Positions 1 through 28,941 are shown, counted from the first letter of the stretch. The stretch: 64,000 nucleotides of DNA from Lingula anatina (GCA_051362555.1 CM120643.1:28152848-28216847), one strand, 5' to 3'. Notes: generated by a model not told the origin, from the letters alone. Program-made: numbers and translations.

Positions 1-260
1 GAAACATTTTAATATATTATCCCAGATGGTTACCATTTTCTATATTATCCGTTGTAGCAGATGGTCACCTTTTACTATATCATCCGTTATAGCAGATGTT
101 GTTGTTGTTGTTCTTGTTGTGTCCCTTGTAATAGTCAATAAAAACAAATATACAAACAAAAAAATAAATGATTAAACCAGATGATGATAATGATGAAGAT
201 GATAATTAACATGTATGGAATAATAATCGTACAAAAATACTACCTTTATGCCAACTGTAC

Positions 261-308
<48 letters not shown>

Positions 309-446
309 AATGTATTTACATGGTTTATCCGGAAATTATATATGCGTGTGTCTTTACTTACAAATGATATCATATCAACTGTTTTAGGAATATATTTTAT
401 TCCAGATGCCAAATCTAACATGACTTCGGGTACAGAAAATACTATT

Positions 447-522
<76 letters not shown>

Positions 523-1540
523 TTCACACTAGCAATATGTCCAATTAAAATAAAATGCCCATATAATTAAAAAAACATCGCCAAATGTTACCTAATTCAA
601 ACAAAATCCTGAGTGTGGTCTTTAGATGTTACGTGTCCTTTACCGAGACTACTTACTACGTACTTCAATTATATCCTGTAGGCGGTGCAGCAAGCTTCCA
701 ACAAGGTTAAAATTTCTGTTTTGTAAGATAATGTTCCATTCTTTCTGAATAGCTTGTTCTCTATTACCAGGAGTTTTTTTCTATACACCGTGCACTCCAT
801 GAGTACTCAAAAGTTATAATGTGCAGGATGTTACGGGCCTGACTTCCTTTTTTTTAAATTTTCTCAATAATCGGTACACTCAATTTGACACAGGGTTATG
901 ACAGACAGAGTTTATATCAGTGTGGTCGTCCTATAAAACCAACGACTTGTGACAATGATGAAACCGCTATCAGCGAAAGGTGCGGCATTTTAGACTTGTT
1001 GTCAATATGCAATTTGTAATAACGTAATTCCACACGTGACTTTAATCTAAAATATTTACGAACCAACCGACAATATTACTTTGAATAAGATAATTGATTT
1101 TGAAGGTAAAGAGACGAGCAATCATTTAATAATCATAATTGGTTTCTCTGAGTCTTTGCTACTCTTTTTAGTACATGTTGTATTTTCTGCTCTCTAGTTT
1201 CATATTTTAATTTTCACACTGTATATCCACTAATCCACTAATCCACTATCCACTGGATATCCACTACATTTAAAATTACCTTTCCTCCATTCAATATTTT
1301 CTTATAAGGCAATAAAATTGTGTATACTTACTTATATTTGTTTTTAATTGAAAATATTTGAAATATTATTTGAATTACTCATGCTTGGACCATATCCATT
1401 CTTATTTTGCATGTGTTAAACATATGTGAAACACGTGGCTTTGACAAGTTCCCTTTCCATCTACGGTAGAGAAACCCACTGTCCTCTGGCTCATGGGTAA
1501 ACTATAAATTACCCGTCGTGTCTGTGAGCTGTTATACAGC

Positions 1541-1842
1541 TTAATTACCTCCGCCAAGGGGGTTATGTTTTTGGCGCCGTTCGTTTGTCTGTCTGTCTAT
1601 CTGTCTGTTAGCAACCTTACAGAAAAAGTTATGTACCGATTTTGATGAAATTTTCTGGTACTGTCAGAAGTGGGCCAAGGAAGTGATGCTTTGTTTTTAG
1701 TAGTGATCAGGATCATTAATCAATCAATAATAATAATAAAAATACAAAATCATTATAGAATGAAATTTTAGGGGTGAAACGGCATTGGGTGGAGACTTTG
1801 CTGCCTTGGCGGAGGTCTACGCTCTGGGAGTGCTTTTCTAGT
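1541..1842 (+). mobile_element. Short Helentron-associated element (HINE/DINE-like)
   Basis: SubTIRs ACCTCCGCCAAGG (1547-1559) and CCTTGGCGGAGGT (1804-1816), (GTCT)n microsatellite after the 5' end, 3' hairpin, CTAGT end. Confidence 0.8.
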
Positions 1843-1946
1843 TGTCTGTTATTTCCAGTGCATCGACTATGGATATTTAAACTGTATTAGTCGTCTATGC
1901 CTAACCATAGTCTGGGTCCATAACTCTCTAGTGCCGATGACTATTG

Positions 1947-2010
<64 letters not shown>

Positions 2011-2043
2011 CTGAACATGATCGTTTCAACTAGTTTGAAATAA

Positions 2044-16820
<14,777 letters not shown>

Positions 16821-18319
16821 GAACAGATCCCCAAAAGCATAATAAGGGTCCACCTGGACAAAATAGCTACATTATTTTTTTCCTACTGCACTGACTGGAA
16901 ATTTTCAAAGTACCATAGTAAAAAAAGATAAATGCTTGCATATTAAACGTGATAAGTCCAAAGTTACATGTACATTGAATAAAAACACTCATGCATATAT
17001 AACCTTGCCACAATGCATATATAACCACAATGGTAACCTTCTCACTTAAGAGCCACATTATTAAAATATAGGCGTAGGGATATGTATATGATCACGCTCA
17101 TATTCACGATGATCACTTGCCTACTCTTTAAGTGAATAAAATCTGTAGGTTCCGTTGTAGTGATGTGCAGAAATGTAGTAACACGCGTACGTCTTGGCAG
17201 GGTAGTCTATATGGTAATGTATATTCCTATAGTAATTGACGCCCATGATTTATATGGTGGGGTATTCTCGACCTTTGTTTTTATTCTTTGGAGATTTCAA
17301 GGGAATACATCATGATAAAAATGTTGTTGTAATTTAGACCAATTTCATCCCCAAAATAGCCCATTTAGCTTTAAAACCAAAACAATACACCTTCCACAAC
17401 TGTTGGTGTACCGAGTAAGTAAATAAAATAAGTTACACGTGCCAGACCTTCAAGTAGCAATAACCTACACTTCACCCGTTATATTTGTTTGCATAGGCAA
17501 AATAAAACTTAAACCATTTTTTTCAGAATTATTATCCATAAACATGTTTTTATTGTAATTAATTCTCCCGTTTTTAAGTCTGTACGACAATAGAGATAGA
17601 AACTGATGAAATTCACTGACCATTTTAAATCTCCTTTAAATGCCTTAGATATGCATGCAAAAATTACCATATAATTTTTGTATAAGAGTATATAATTGAT
17701 TGAAATAAGCATCTCCCACCATAGCTAAGTTGTTTAATTCTTCTAAATATCTGTTCAACTTATTAATATATTTTGATATTGCATTCAGATATCAATTGTT
17801 TTTCTGCTTCTGTTATGTTGTATTTTGTTAACCATACGTGTAACATACAAATAAATACGTGTTCATTCATTTTGTGAACGGTATTAAATGTGTTAATTGT
17901 GGATCACGAGTTTACATCATTTTACAAGTTTAACTATCAGACTTGAAAATCAGTTTGTTCGTAAAAAATAACTGAATAAATAATCCGAGCTTAGGGTATG
18001 AACTCTTGTAACAATATTAACTGTGGATCATCACTTTACAAAGCCGTCTTTTCTATTACCTTTCTTCTTTTATATCACAAAGGGGGTCTCTGGTACATAA
18101 CAACCGTCTAGAAATGCGCATAATTTACTCTCGGTACTCCCTTATCTTTACCAGCCTGGGCGGACATCTTGGGCAAGTACTGGCACACCTCTAACCCCCC
18201 CCCCCACACACACACACACACACACACCGACCAGGGGTACTTAAGACCTGCCTTGCTGGTGTCTAATGGCTATATATGGAGAGAACCCCTACAGGAAATC
18301 CACGATGGAGCAACGTTAG

Positions 18320-18556
18320 GTAGCCTTTTGATACAGGGAAATTACAGTAACTGGTGGCTTACTCCATGTTGATACAGGGACATAACCGTAACTGGTAGCT
18401 TGCTCCATTTTGATACAGGGAAATTACCGTAACTGGTAGCTTGTTCCATGTTGATACAGGGAAATTGCCGTAACTGGTAGCTTGCTCCATGTTGATACAG
18501 GGACATTACCGTAACTGGTAGCTTACTCCATGTTGATACAGGGAAATTACCGTAAC
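18320..18556. repeat. 41-bp minisatellite, about 6 copies
   Basis: Unit GATACAGGGAAATTACCGTAACTGGTAGCTTGCTCCATGTT starting at 18330, 18371, 18412, 18453, 18494 and 18535. Confidence 0.9.
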
Positions 18557-18948
18557 GGGTACCTCGTGCAGTCGACCTGTTAAATTCTGTCATAGACAAT
18601 ATCTGTACGGATTTCCGCCGGGAACTTTATAGGCCTCCAGTTAGAGAACCAGATGCGTCCGAAGAAACAGTTTATTTTGAAAGGATGCAAAAACTGGTTA
18701 GGTCATCCTGAATTACTCATCTAGAAAAGTGAAGAGAAAAACTGGAGCAAACGTGGCATAAAAAGTCACCGCACCACTGACCATATATTCACCTTTACGT
18801 CAATTATATAGAAACATGTTAATCAAAACAAACGTTTATTTGCCTGTTTTGTCTACCTGCGAATAAGTGTATTAGACCCCATTCCTATAGATTTTACATC
18901 GATCTATCCCTGTGGGGAGTCTCAATAGATTACTGTCAGCTTAGACGG

Positions 18949-21016
18949 TGTGAAGGGAATGGATGTCCGCCGTAATGCATGTCCGTAGGACATGTATTCC
19001 TAGGAGTGAGTGTCCTACGGACACAAAGTCCTGGGAATGCGTGTCCTGGGCCCTCCGTTCCTAGGAATACATATCCGGGGACATAAGTTCCTGGGACTGG
19101 AAGTCCTCCGGACAACTGTTACTTACTTACTACAGACAGGCATCGATGTCCTAGGCGGACATGATTTCCCAAGTAAACTAGGAATTGATGTCCCCTGATG
19201 TTACTATTGTTGTTGAAGAAAATGTAATTTATTAGGTTTAGAATGAGATTATGTTATTTTCAATTACATATAGACAGGTTTTATTGGGTTAAATTTCTCT
19301 TTTTAAAACAAAGTGAGAAAAGCGATATCAGACCCACCTAAATCAAATAAATGAAAGAGAAAATAAAGAACCAACAATAACAAACTTATGTTCAAAATTT
19401 AATTTCATTACTTGTGTTTTCTTTATTTTATTCAAACGATTCATATCATTCTACATATAATTTCAAATTGGCCCCGTTTACTGCTCCTTTCAAGATATCA
19501 CCCTCCACAGTCCTCAACATATAGGTTTTATATTTTGTTTGGCCGCGCACCACATATAGACCCAGCCATGGATCTTTGTTTTTGTCTCCTTTGCGGTCCA
19601 ATCTTCTCATGTTCTTTTTTAACAATTTGGTACCCACAGGGATTGTCTGTAATGAGAAGGACATGTACATGCATTTATATCCATAGGCCGTTTACCATTT
19701 AATGAAAAATATATGGAATACATATATTAATATCCCATGACCTCTCATGAAATACGAGTTACAAATTAACACGAAGCAGATTTAAGTATTGTTAATAAGG
19801 TTACTTAAAACTAAAATGAAAGTGAAAGGTTTATTGTCTGTGGTTTACTCACATCCTGGATGATACGCCTTCTGTCGTAATCTAGTTTTTGTCTCTCTTG
19901 AGCTTGTGCTATGTTTTCAAGAATCACCTGCCCTGCTTTGGACATAGCGTCAGATTTTTTCTCTTTTTTTTCTTTTTGGACGTCATGTGGGTTCACTTAT
20001 TCGTGTTCTTCATCTGACCCACTCCATGTACAGTCGACATCCTGCAGAAGCGCAGGCTCTCTGGTAAAGAAACATTAATGTATTTAGAGGTAACATATCA
20101 TATTTTTTCACCATCTCGCTAAAATTCAGCTGCAGTGAGTGTTGCATTTCATTGTAGGCCTAAATATTCAGACCCGTAGCCGGGGGTGGGGGGTGGGGGC
20201 GGGAGGTTCAAAAGAACCCCCCATTTTGCTGGGAAAAGGGTCCACTCTGGGATAATTTGATCTAGATAAACAAAGGTTTCATGACTAAAGGTCCACATTT
20301 TCAGAAAAAAAAAAAAAAAAAACTTTTGCAATTGCTGCCTTCGGGTATGATATTAATGCATTTGATCATATGATGAATCAACAGTTGTGTAAAAAAACAT
20401 TTTGACATACTTAAGATCCCCAAACCATGTTACATACCTACCATACATTGCAAAGAAAGGTGAGAATTTAGTGGTGCTCTGCCTTGCTGTGTTATAGGCG
20501 AAGACCACTTGCTTTAGAAGCACATCCCACTGAGACTCTTCTTTTAATTTCAAGAGCATCTTCCCCAATGTTTTGTTGAATCTATCTGAAATAATATAAC
20601 GTTTTATTGTCATCATTTTCTTCGCTCATTAGACAACGATTGACTTATGTTAATCAAGAAACCAAAACTTTTTACCTGTTAGTCCATTGCACTAGGGGTG
20701 ATATGCACTAGTCCTGCGATGGCTAATTTTCAGTAATTTTGTTATCTCTTCTATATAAGGGCCATTAAAATCTCTTCTTGGTCACTTATAAGCTTCTTTG
20801 GGAAACCAAAACTGATGAAACAAGTAAAATATCAGTTACATAATTAAACAATTAAATACAACGGTGCATATAAGCATTGATTTAAAAAAATGTTTTAAAT
20901 ATATCCTATTCATTCATACTTTTCATCAAAATTTCATAGCTTACTTTAATTTTAAACAGTGGTTTATATGTAAGATATCATTACCACATAAGATGTAGTA
21001 GGAAGGAAGCCACTCC
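18949..21016 (-). mobile_element. Ginger-type DNA transposon relic with an intron-split Gypsy-like integrase
   Basis: Minus-strand GT-AG exons 21016-20985, 20811-20676, 20585-20438, 20060-19853, 19646-19446 join to GVASFL..FGFPKKLISDQ..F...HRRTSAYHP*CNGLTDRFNKTL...WD..L..VVFAYNT..QSTTKFSPFFAMYGREP...NI..AQERQK.DYD...KGDK..DPWLG.Y...VNGANLKLY. TGT terminus at 18949 with subterminal repeats. Contains one frameshift and two stops. Confidence 0.8.
20169..20349. mobile_element. CA-ended MITE with 5-bp TSD (related copy at 26371-26538)
   Basis: CAGACCCGTAGC...GCCTTCGGGTATG flanked by ATATT on both sides; the internal sequence aligns with 26371-26538. Confidence 0.65.
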
Positions 21017-21036
21017 TATATAAGAACATAACTATA

Positions 21037-22702
21037 CAGCATTGGTCAAAAAGGTTGTCCCACCCCCATTTCCATGTACTTTTATTTACAAATGATCACC
21101 TCACAGCTGTGAACTGTTAGAAATCGTGCTTTTTTATCACGGATACCGTGTCTAACATGATCAATGGTTAAAAAAATACAAAATAGTGGTGAAAATATAC
21201 ATATTTTATACCATTTAGTAAAATTTATAAGAGGTACCCCCTCAAATCGACTGTTTTACTGTTATTTCTACAGATGTAAAGAAATGTCTATAAAATTGAA
21301 AAGGTGCCATCAAATGTCACCAAATTCACACACAATTGGCATTAGGGTGTGCTCGTTAAAGATCACGTGCCTAACAGCGTGTGCGTCAACCGCGTACTGC
21401 AATTATCTCCTGTAGACGGCGCGACAAGCCTTCAACATGGGTAACAATTCTGTTATGTGGGATATTGTCCCATTCATCCTAAAGAGCGTGGCGGAATTGG
21501 TCAAGATTATTTAGGAATTGGTTCTCCTCTGCAATGCACATTCCAATTTATGCCACAGGTGCTCAGTAGGATTAATATCAGGACTCAAAGACGGTTGTCC
21601 CATCCTCAGAGCCCTGTGTTTCTGCAACAAATCGTTTGCCAGACGAGAGCTGTGAGCAAGTACGTCGTCACAATGAAGCCAGTAGTATCCCTGAAGTCAC
21701 ATCTTGCAAATGGAGTGAGATTTCTGTTGAGAATGTTACATCAAAATGCCCCTGTTACGTTTTGTTCCAAAAGGAACAATGTACTAATACAATGGGCTTG
21801 GAATGTTCTCCAAATGCTGATTGATCTAACACCTCAGGCGATATTATCCTGCACACATCCTTCCAAGAGGCATTTTTTAACATGTCTATGGACCCTCTTT
21901 GACCATGGATGGGATACAAGAAATAATTTGATTCTGCATCAAAATCAACTTCCTTCCAGTGATGGATGGCCAGGTTCAGGTGCCTGTGGGATCACTGAAC
22001 GTAGCATTCTCAGCTGATATCTCATTCTATCTTCAAGAACTGACTTTGGGGTTAACTTCAGGCTTTATCATGACTGCGCACTTGCTCACACCTCTCGCCT
22101 GGCAACTGTTTGTTGAAGAAACATAATGGTCTAAGGATGGAACCACCATCTTTGAGCCCTGATATCAAGCTTACTAATCAACTGTGACATGTATTGGAGT
22201 GCGCAATGCAAAGGAGAACCAACCCCATAAAAACGTGGACCAACTCCCTCAACTTGTTTCAGAAGAATGGGACAATATCCCACAAAACAGAATTGTAACC
22301 CGTGTTGAAGGCTTGTCGCGCCGTCTACAGGAAATAATTGAAGTACGCGGTAGACGCACACGCTGTTAGGCACGTGATCTTTAATGAGCACACCCTAATG
22401 CTAATTGTGTGTGAATTTGGTGACATTTGATGGCGTCTTTTTAATTTTATAAGCATTTCTTTACATCTTTAGAAGTCACAGTGAAACAGTCGATTTGAGG
22501 GGGTACATCTTATAAATTTTACTAAATGGTATAAAATATGTATATTTTCAACACTATTTTGTATTTTTTTAACCATTAATCATGTTAGACACGGTTTACG
22601 TAATAAAAAACACTATTTCTAACAATTAACAGCTGTTAGGTGATCATTTGTAAATAAAAGTACATGGAAATGGGGGTGGGACAACCTTTTTGACCAGTGC
22701 TA
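21037..22702. mobile_element. Tc1 foldback made of two 3' halves joined head-to-head
   Basis: Ends CAGCATTGGTCAAAAAGGTTGTCCCACCCCC inverted, TA flanks. The left arm (minus strand) carries SPDINPTEHLW...RRLQEIIAVRG and the right arm (plus strand) carries SPDI...EWDNIPQNRI...RRLQEIIEVRGRRTRC. Junction at about 22018. Confidence 0.85.
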
Positions 22703-22957
22703 TATATATTATGTCCGTTTTATTCAATTAATGGTATTAAAGTTGTTGATGCCTTTAAGTTTTAATTCTAATGAGGCAATCGTGTCAATTTCTGTTCATA
22801 CTTGTTTTATGTCAAATTGATTATAGATCCCTTCGGATGTATCTCAGCGTTTCTTATTAAATCATAATTGAAGCAAAATTGAAGTGTTTTAAACTAATCT
22901 TAATTAAACACACTTAGTCATACAGTTTGTTTTACGTAAGTCAGGACCCTGTTCTGC

Positions 22958-22995
<38 letters not shown>

Positions 22996-23327
22996 TATTA
23001 TTATTATTATTATTATTGATAAAAAAACGAAAAAAATCTGTTGAGGGAAATTTTCAGAGATACGTGGTAAAATGATAAAAGCTATAAAGTGGTTTTAAAA
23101 TCCATTAGAGCATTAGAGCAATAAAAATTAACGACGCGAAAAGCAGTTTACTTGGCAGAGGACTCCCGTGATGCAAGTTAAAGAGCTAATTTGAATGCAT
23201 CTTAACCAAGTGGAATGTCCGAATGTTTTCAATTGGGGAAATATCCAGGATAGACTCCGTGTAAACCCAAACACTGACAAGTTATATATGAATAGTGTGT
23301 GTGAGCTTTTGGAATCTCAGTTAAGAA

Positions 23328-23530
23328 AACTAGAAAAGCACTCAGAGAACGCAGACCTCTGCGAAGGCAGCAAAGTAGCCTTCCAATGCCGTTTCACCCC
23401 TAAATTTTCGATATTTTGATTATTGATTATTGATTGATTATTGATCCGGATCACCACCAAAAATTAATCGACTGTTCCTTGGCTCACTTTTGAAAGTTCC
23501 TCAAAATTTCATAAAAATCGGTCTATAACG
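23328..23530 (-). mobile_element. Truncated second copy of the 1541-1842 HINE-like family
   Basis: Reverse complement aligns to about 1625-1842 (AAAATTTTAGGGGTGAAACGGCATTGG...GAGTGCTTTTCTAGTT). Confidence 0.75.
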
Positions 23531-24242
23531 AGGACATTCTCCAGCAGAACCTGGAGCCGTTTGAAAGAGGAATATACAGAGGCAATTTTAGATTGTAACA
23601 TGACAACCCAACTCCCCATACAGCCCGCTTAATGCATTGCAGTCTATATCCGACAAAACAACATTCATCTGATGCCACAGCCAGCAAGAAGCCCAGATGC
23701 AAACCCAATTGAGCACATGTGGGACGAACTTGGTTGTGCTATTCAGAGGAGAAACCCTCCCCCTGCAAATCTAGATGAACGGCGAGATGCCCTTTAAGAT
23801 GAATGGACCAGAATTCCTTTCCAAAAAGCTGTATCTCTAGTTCACAGTATGCCACGCCGTCTGGCGGTCATTATCCAAGCTAGGTGTGGGCATACCCGCT
23901 ATTTAGATTAATAATGAACTCTGAAGATGTTTCTTGACAATTTCTCCTAATTTCATATTAATTGCCAATCACAGTATAAATTTATGTTTAATTTTTCCCT
24001 TGGTACTGTTATGTAAAAATGTACTCTTTTTTTTGGGGGGGGGGGGCATGAGAAAAAAATACTAAATAAATTAACGCTTTTTTCACATTTGCATTGTTTG
24101 TTTTTCTTGACTTTACCAATCCTCCAGCTTCACATATTTAACAATATAAACAGTATTAATTTGATAATATTAATAATAATGAAAGAAACAGGGCGATATG
24201 CATCTCAAAATTTCCGTGTACCAACCATTTTGGGCAAGAGTG
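23531..24242 (+). mobile_element. Tc1 transposon 3' half relic
   Basis: HDNPTPHTAR, PARSPDANPIEHMWDELG, SMPRRLAVIIQARCGHTRY; terminus CCAACCATTTTGGGCAAGAGTG followed by TA. Confidence 0.85.
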
Positions 24243-27200
24243 TATATGTGTACCATATTTTAAGGAGAATGAAAATGGTCAACCCTGGACAAAAGCAATG
24301 CAAATATTGTAAGCCCCGTATTTTTCCATTTTACTTCACAATGGTTCAAAATTCCTTCCGAAACATATTCAAACCAATTTTCATTAACATCTGTTAAACC
24401 CCACCTTGTCGATATAACCGTGACAGTTTTTATAAAAGTTGATTGAAGGAACCTGTTTTTTCCAAGAAGAATTAAAATGGATGTCTTCCATATTTGGAAT
24501 TCCAGAGGCAGCGATAAATAGTCAACTGATGCCTATTACAGCCACTGCAGCTGTTATCAAAGTTGATTAATATTTCCAAGAAGAATTGAAACGAATGCCT
24601 TCCATATAAGGATCTCCACTGATGTCATTTACGCTTATTTCAGCAGATCTTACACATCTTACACACCGTCTTGGAAGAAGAAGAACGTTCCTTTTTTGCG
24701 ATTCAGTAAGTAAAATAAGTTGCAAGTAGGCCTATAACGTTGAACGTATAATGTACGGAAGCATGCAGTTATCTCAACTCTTAAAAGATCTGATTTTGAC
24801 TTCAATGTTTTTGCATCATTTTATAATAATACTATAACTTACTGAAAGAAAACTATATTTAAAAATGAGCTGATATTTAAGAGCAATACCTCTTCTGTGT
24901 GTCTGTTTACAGAATTTCAAATTAAATGGGCATACAAACCGTTGGAGGGTGCTATCATAGTTGCTGAGATGATATAAGAGTGGTGTCTTAAAATTATTGA
25001 TCTTAAATAATCGTCACCATTAGATGTACAGTGCATATATTATTCATCTAAACGCGATTTTAACTTCGTTTTTTTGTCCGTTTTTCGCATTCAGTTTTAC
25101 GCTCTGCTGTCTTCGAAATTGGTTTGCGTGCGCAGAGTTCATTCACCGCGAGCACCTTTTACTATACTACTTACCAGTGTGACCATTACATCATTCGACG
25201 TTGTCTCAGTGCAAGGCTTCCGATTGTTAAATGTCTTATTTACCTCTGTTGACATGCCATTACCCTCTCTATCATAATCCTACTTTTATTCGTGCAAGTT
25301 CTTTGTCGTACTCTGTTCTGCTTTTATCCCTCTTAGGCAGTTTTTTTGTTTTTTTTTGTAATTACTTGTTTCTCAAACAATGTTTACTTTTGTCAGAGGT
25401 CGGGGGAGGGAAAATAATAATAAAAAAAAAAAAAACCCAAAACAATTACTTTTTGGTCACTCGTTTTCAAACTACATTAGGCAATGGTAAATACTGGTTT
25501 TAACACAGTAAAGCAATTTTGGATAAAAACAGCAATTCCTCTTCAATGTTTCTAAATGAATGTCAACTCTATAAATCATTCTTGTACATTACAAAACCAT
25601 CTTTCTATGCACTCATGATATCGATGGCAGTGCACAAAATATTTTTGTCAATCTTGATGCAATATTATGTATAATGATTAAGTGGAAATCATCAACAAAT
25701 TTAAATTATCTACTTCATGTAACATGGTCATCCAGAAACAATATGGCTTCATGCCCATGGGAGTTCCGAGTCCCACACTAAAAACACCAATACATGTATG
25801 TGAAAAATGAACATTTCACAAAAACAGTATTACTTCCATAAAAATAATCCAATCAGGCTATATTTCAGACCTTTGAATTTTTCACTAAGTTTGAGAATCA
25901 TTGTGTTATATGGCCTTCCTTAAATGGTCATTATGGCAGCTGCACTAAGCCAGCCTCTCTCTGCATATGGACTTCTATATCATAGCTCCTCTGTCAGTTT
26001 CTCTGCTATGCGTTTTCCAAGAATTTTGGCCTGTCCAGCCCGAAAATTAACATTGAAGTCTTTCAGTACTTGCGAGTTGGAATTATACATTGTCTGCCTT
26101 GCATTATTTGAGGATTCACTGACGGAAATTATTTCAGATACGTTAACAAAGTTAGATGTGTCCCTTCTGTTAGCTGCATAGGAATTGTACAATTCAAAAG
26201 ACAGCAAACAATTGCTTAGCCAGATTGTTGAAAAAAAAAAAAGCAAGGGTAATATGGCCTGTTATGGAACTGTGGTCTAAATTTTGTTAAATCTTAATGG
26301 CAGCAACAACTAATGTAATAAAAAAAAGAATTTAACAAATAAACAATGATAAAACTGAACTGCCAGGTCACAGATCCATAGCCAAGGAGTTTTGAACGAT
26401 TTGAACGAAACCACCCTTTTTATCAGGAAAAGGTCTGCTCTGGGTCAAAATTGATCTAGGTGCATGAAGGTTTTATGGTTAATGGCCAACTTTTTCAGAA
26501 AAAAAAAACCTCTTTTGAAATTGCTGGTCACGGGCCTGGTTAACCTTAATATCTATATACGCATTAAAATTTGGTGGAAAACTGAAGTATGAATTCATGT
26601 TGACAGGCTCATTATCCAAAGCAAATGATAGTTAACAGCTATTACCTGGCTTCAATTAATAAAATATGTCAAAGACACATTGCTTCAGTATAGAAACATC
26701 TGCTGTTGTGAGCGAACAATTAGCATTTAACATACGTTTTTTGTGAAAGTGTAAAAAGGACATTTATTTATCAACATGTCAATGCCTAAAATATATTCAC
26801 CTTAAAATACTTTGACAGTCTAGACTGAAAAAGAAAAAAAATCATTTCTGGAGACTTTCAGAAGTACGCGAGTGCTGCATTAAAACATCCAATGTTTGGA
26901 TGCTCTCGGAGATTTTAGTTGAACCTGCCTCTTTTGGTGTTCACTGCCAACTTTTATCTGAATGTAATTAATGGCAATATCTACCACCGTAGTGACCGGC
27001 ATTCTTAAATTCAGTTCAGAACCTATTTTTGCTCCTGACGCTGCTGGCTCCCTGTTGTCATTCCACACGTGACAAGTGTTGCAGTTGATATTTTCATTTC
27101 TGACTGTAAGCAGTCAAAAAAATTGCCTAAAACGTCTGTCTCACTGGCCGGACAGACCTTTGTGCATAATATCTTTGGTCCTTCCTTCACTATTTCACTG

Positions 27201-28780
27201 AGCCCCACGACAGTGGTCAAATTCCTGCTTAAGTAAACTTCTCCCGCCATTGTTGTATTCATTTGACACATGCAGTGTAAAATATCAGCGAAGCACTGAT
27301 TGGCTTAAAAAACGGAAGCTGGGGGGAGGTGACTTTGGCTTAAATACCCTTCGTTTTGAACTTGTAGGCAGTCATGTGACGCGGGAGCCCCGTGAAACTT
27401 GTGAGGTTTCGTGTTTTCGATCGAACAGTATGATCAGTCGGACGTCGGTGAAAAAATAAATTTATTTTTGGTTTCAATTTTTTTTCTGTTTTGGCCATTT
27501 TGAGGTCGGCGGACCTTGAGAAACAAGTTATTAAAAAAACTGCCTTATGTGCTAATTTTTCTTTCTTCGCATCGTCCGCTGCATTAATCTGTTAAATAAG
27601 GGCAATCCCGTGGTACGCCTGCTCAATCGACTGTCATCGATGGAAAGTAGGTTGAGCAGTTTTCCCACACTTCTTTCCATCCGCTCATTCATAGGCCAGT
27701 ATCCGAGTCACGTGACACGCAATGAATGTTGCAACCGCGGGACGCAAATGCGATTCTTAGTTCTTTATTTCTACGTACTTGGCGCGTTAGACGTTAAATG
27801 TGAAATAGACCAATACGTGGTCAATACCGCTTAATCCTGTAATGGTCTACCCGCCTCTTTCACGCTCCCCCACGCATCGTTCCTGCAGGGACACAGTAAT
27901 TGAATCTCGTCTCAATGTGACCGGTCGAGGAACGACGCGTGGGGAGGCGTGTGAGAATTGTACGATAAGAGGGGAGCAGGCTATTGGTAGAATCTTTTGG
28001 ACAAGTCCAACATCCTTCGTACGTATTTACGGGCTGTCTGCGAACTCGAAATTCAATTAATTGCGTTAGAAGGACTTGCGTGGGACGTGAGATTCTGCTC
28101 AAAATTTGGACGCAAACAGACCGTAAGAGCCCGTACGGCCGGTTGTGACCGAGGCTTAACCTTCTTTTATCTTAGATCAATATCATTGCCCACTTGTTGG
28201 CAAATATCTGTGCCAGATTTTGGGTATACCAAATTTGGTATACCATTTGGTATACCATAGACGGTTCCCGGCGGTGATAAACAAAGTGGCCCTGCTAATA
28301 TAAATACCACTGTGCAGAAGTCGTCCGACGATAAACTAGGAAGCATGCATATTTGCCCTTTTCTTGTAAAATGTTGAAGTCGGGTTCCCCGCAAGGAAGG
28401 CTTGTTAACATTTCCTCTGTTGGGCTCCTACGGTGGGCCTCATCCAGGAAACCCTGCACATGTGCATGTTTGGCAGTAATGTTGTCTGGCCCTCTGAATG
28501 GAACAACCCTACCTTTTGTAAATACTCCAGGTCAAAACTCACTCCAATTTCAGCCACTTGGGAAAAAATGCATCCCTGTCACTTAAAAGAGCCGGAAAGT
28601 TAAGATATTATTAGTGTAAGAGTATTTCAATGGTCACGCTAGGAAGGTCAGTGTGTTATTACTCAAATCTTTGTCAGATGCTCAGTAGCCTATTTGTTAT
28701 GCGGTAATTAAATGCAATCTATGGATACCCTTGCAGGAGTGTACATTATCGCAGTAGGGATGATCCTTTGGCTAGGCGAG

Positions 28781-28875
28781 TATATAAATCAACTATCCCA
28801 GAGTTGATAACTTTCACAGGGAATTGACTTTCCGTATCTTTGCTATTGTACTATGCTCATGTTCAGTTCTGCATT
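28781..28875 (+). promoter_or_regulatory. Putative gene 2 TATA box and 5' UTR start
   Basis: TATATAAA at 28781-28788, followed by sequence weakly similar to the putative gene 3 first exon (...TGTTCAG...). No donor site identified. Confidence 0.3.
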
Positions 28876-28896
28876 CCCATTTTATTTTCTTTCTTT

Positions 28897-28899
<3 letters not shown>

Positions 28900-28941
<42 letters not shown>

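Noticed and set aside
18320-18556. Regularly spaced repeats resembling a CRISPR array
   Set aside because: The 41-bp units are contiguous with no unique spacers, there are no cas genes, and the context is eukaryotic. It is a minisatellite.
21457-22017. 186-aa plus-strand ORF
   Set aside because: It is antisense to a decayed Tc1 transposase in the foldback arm.
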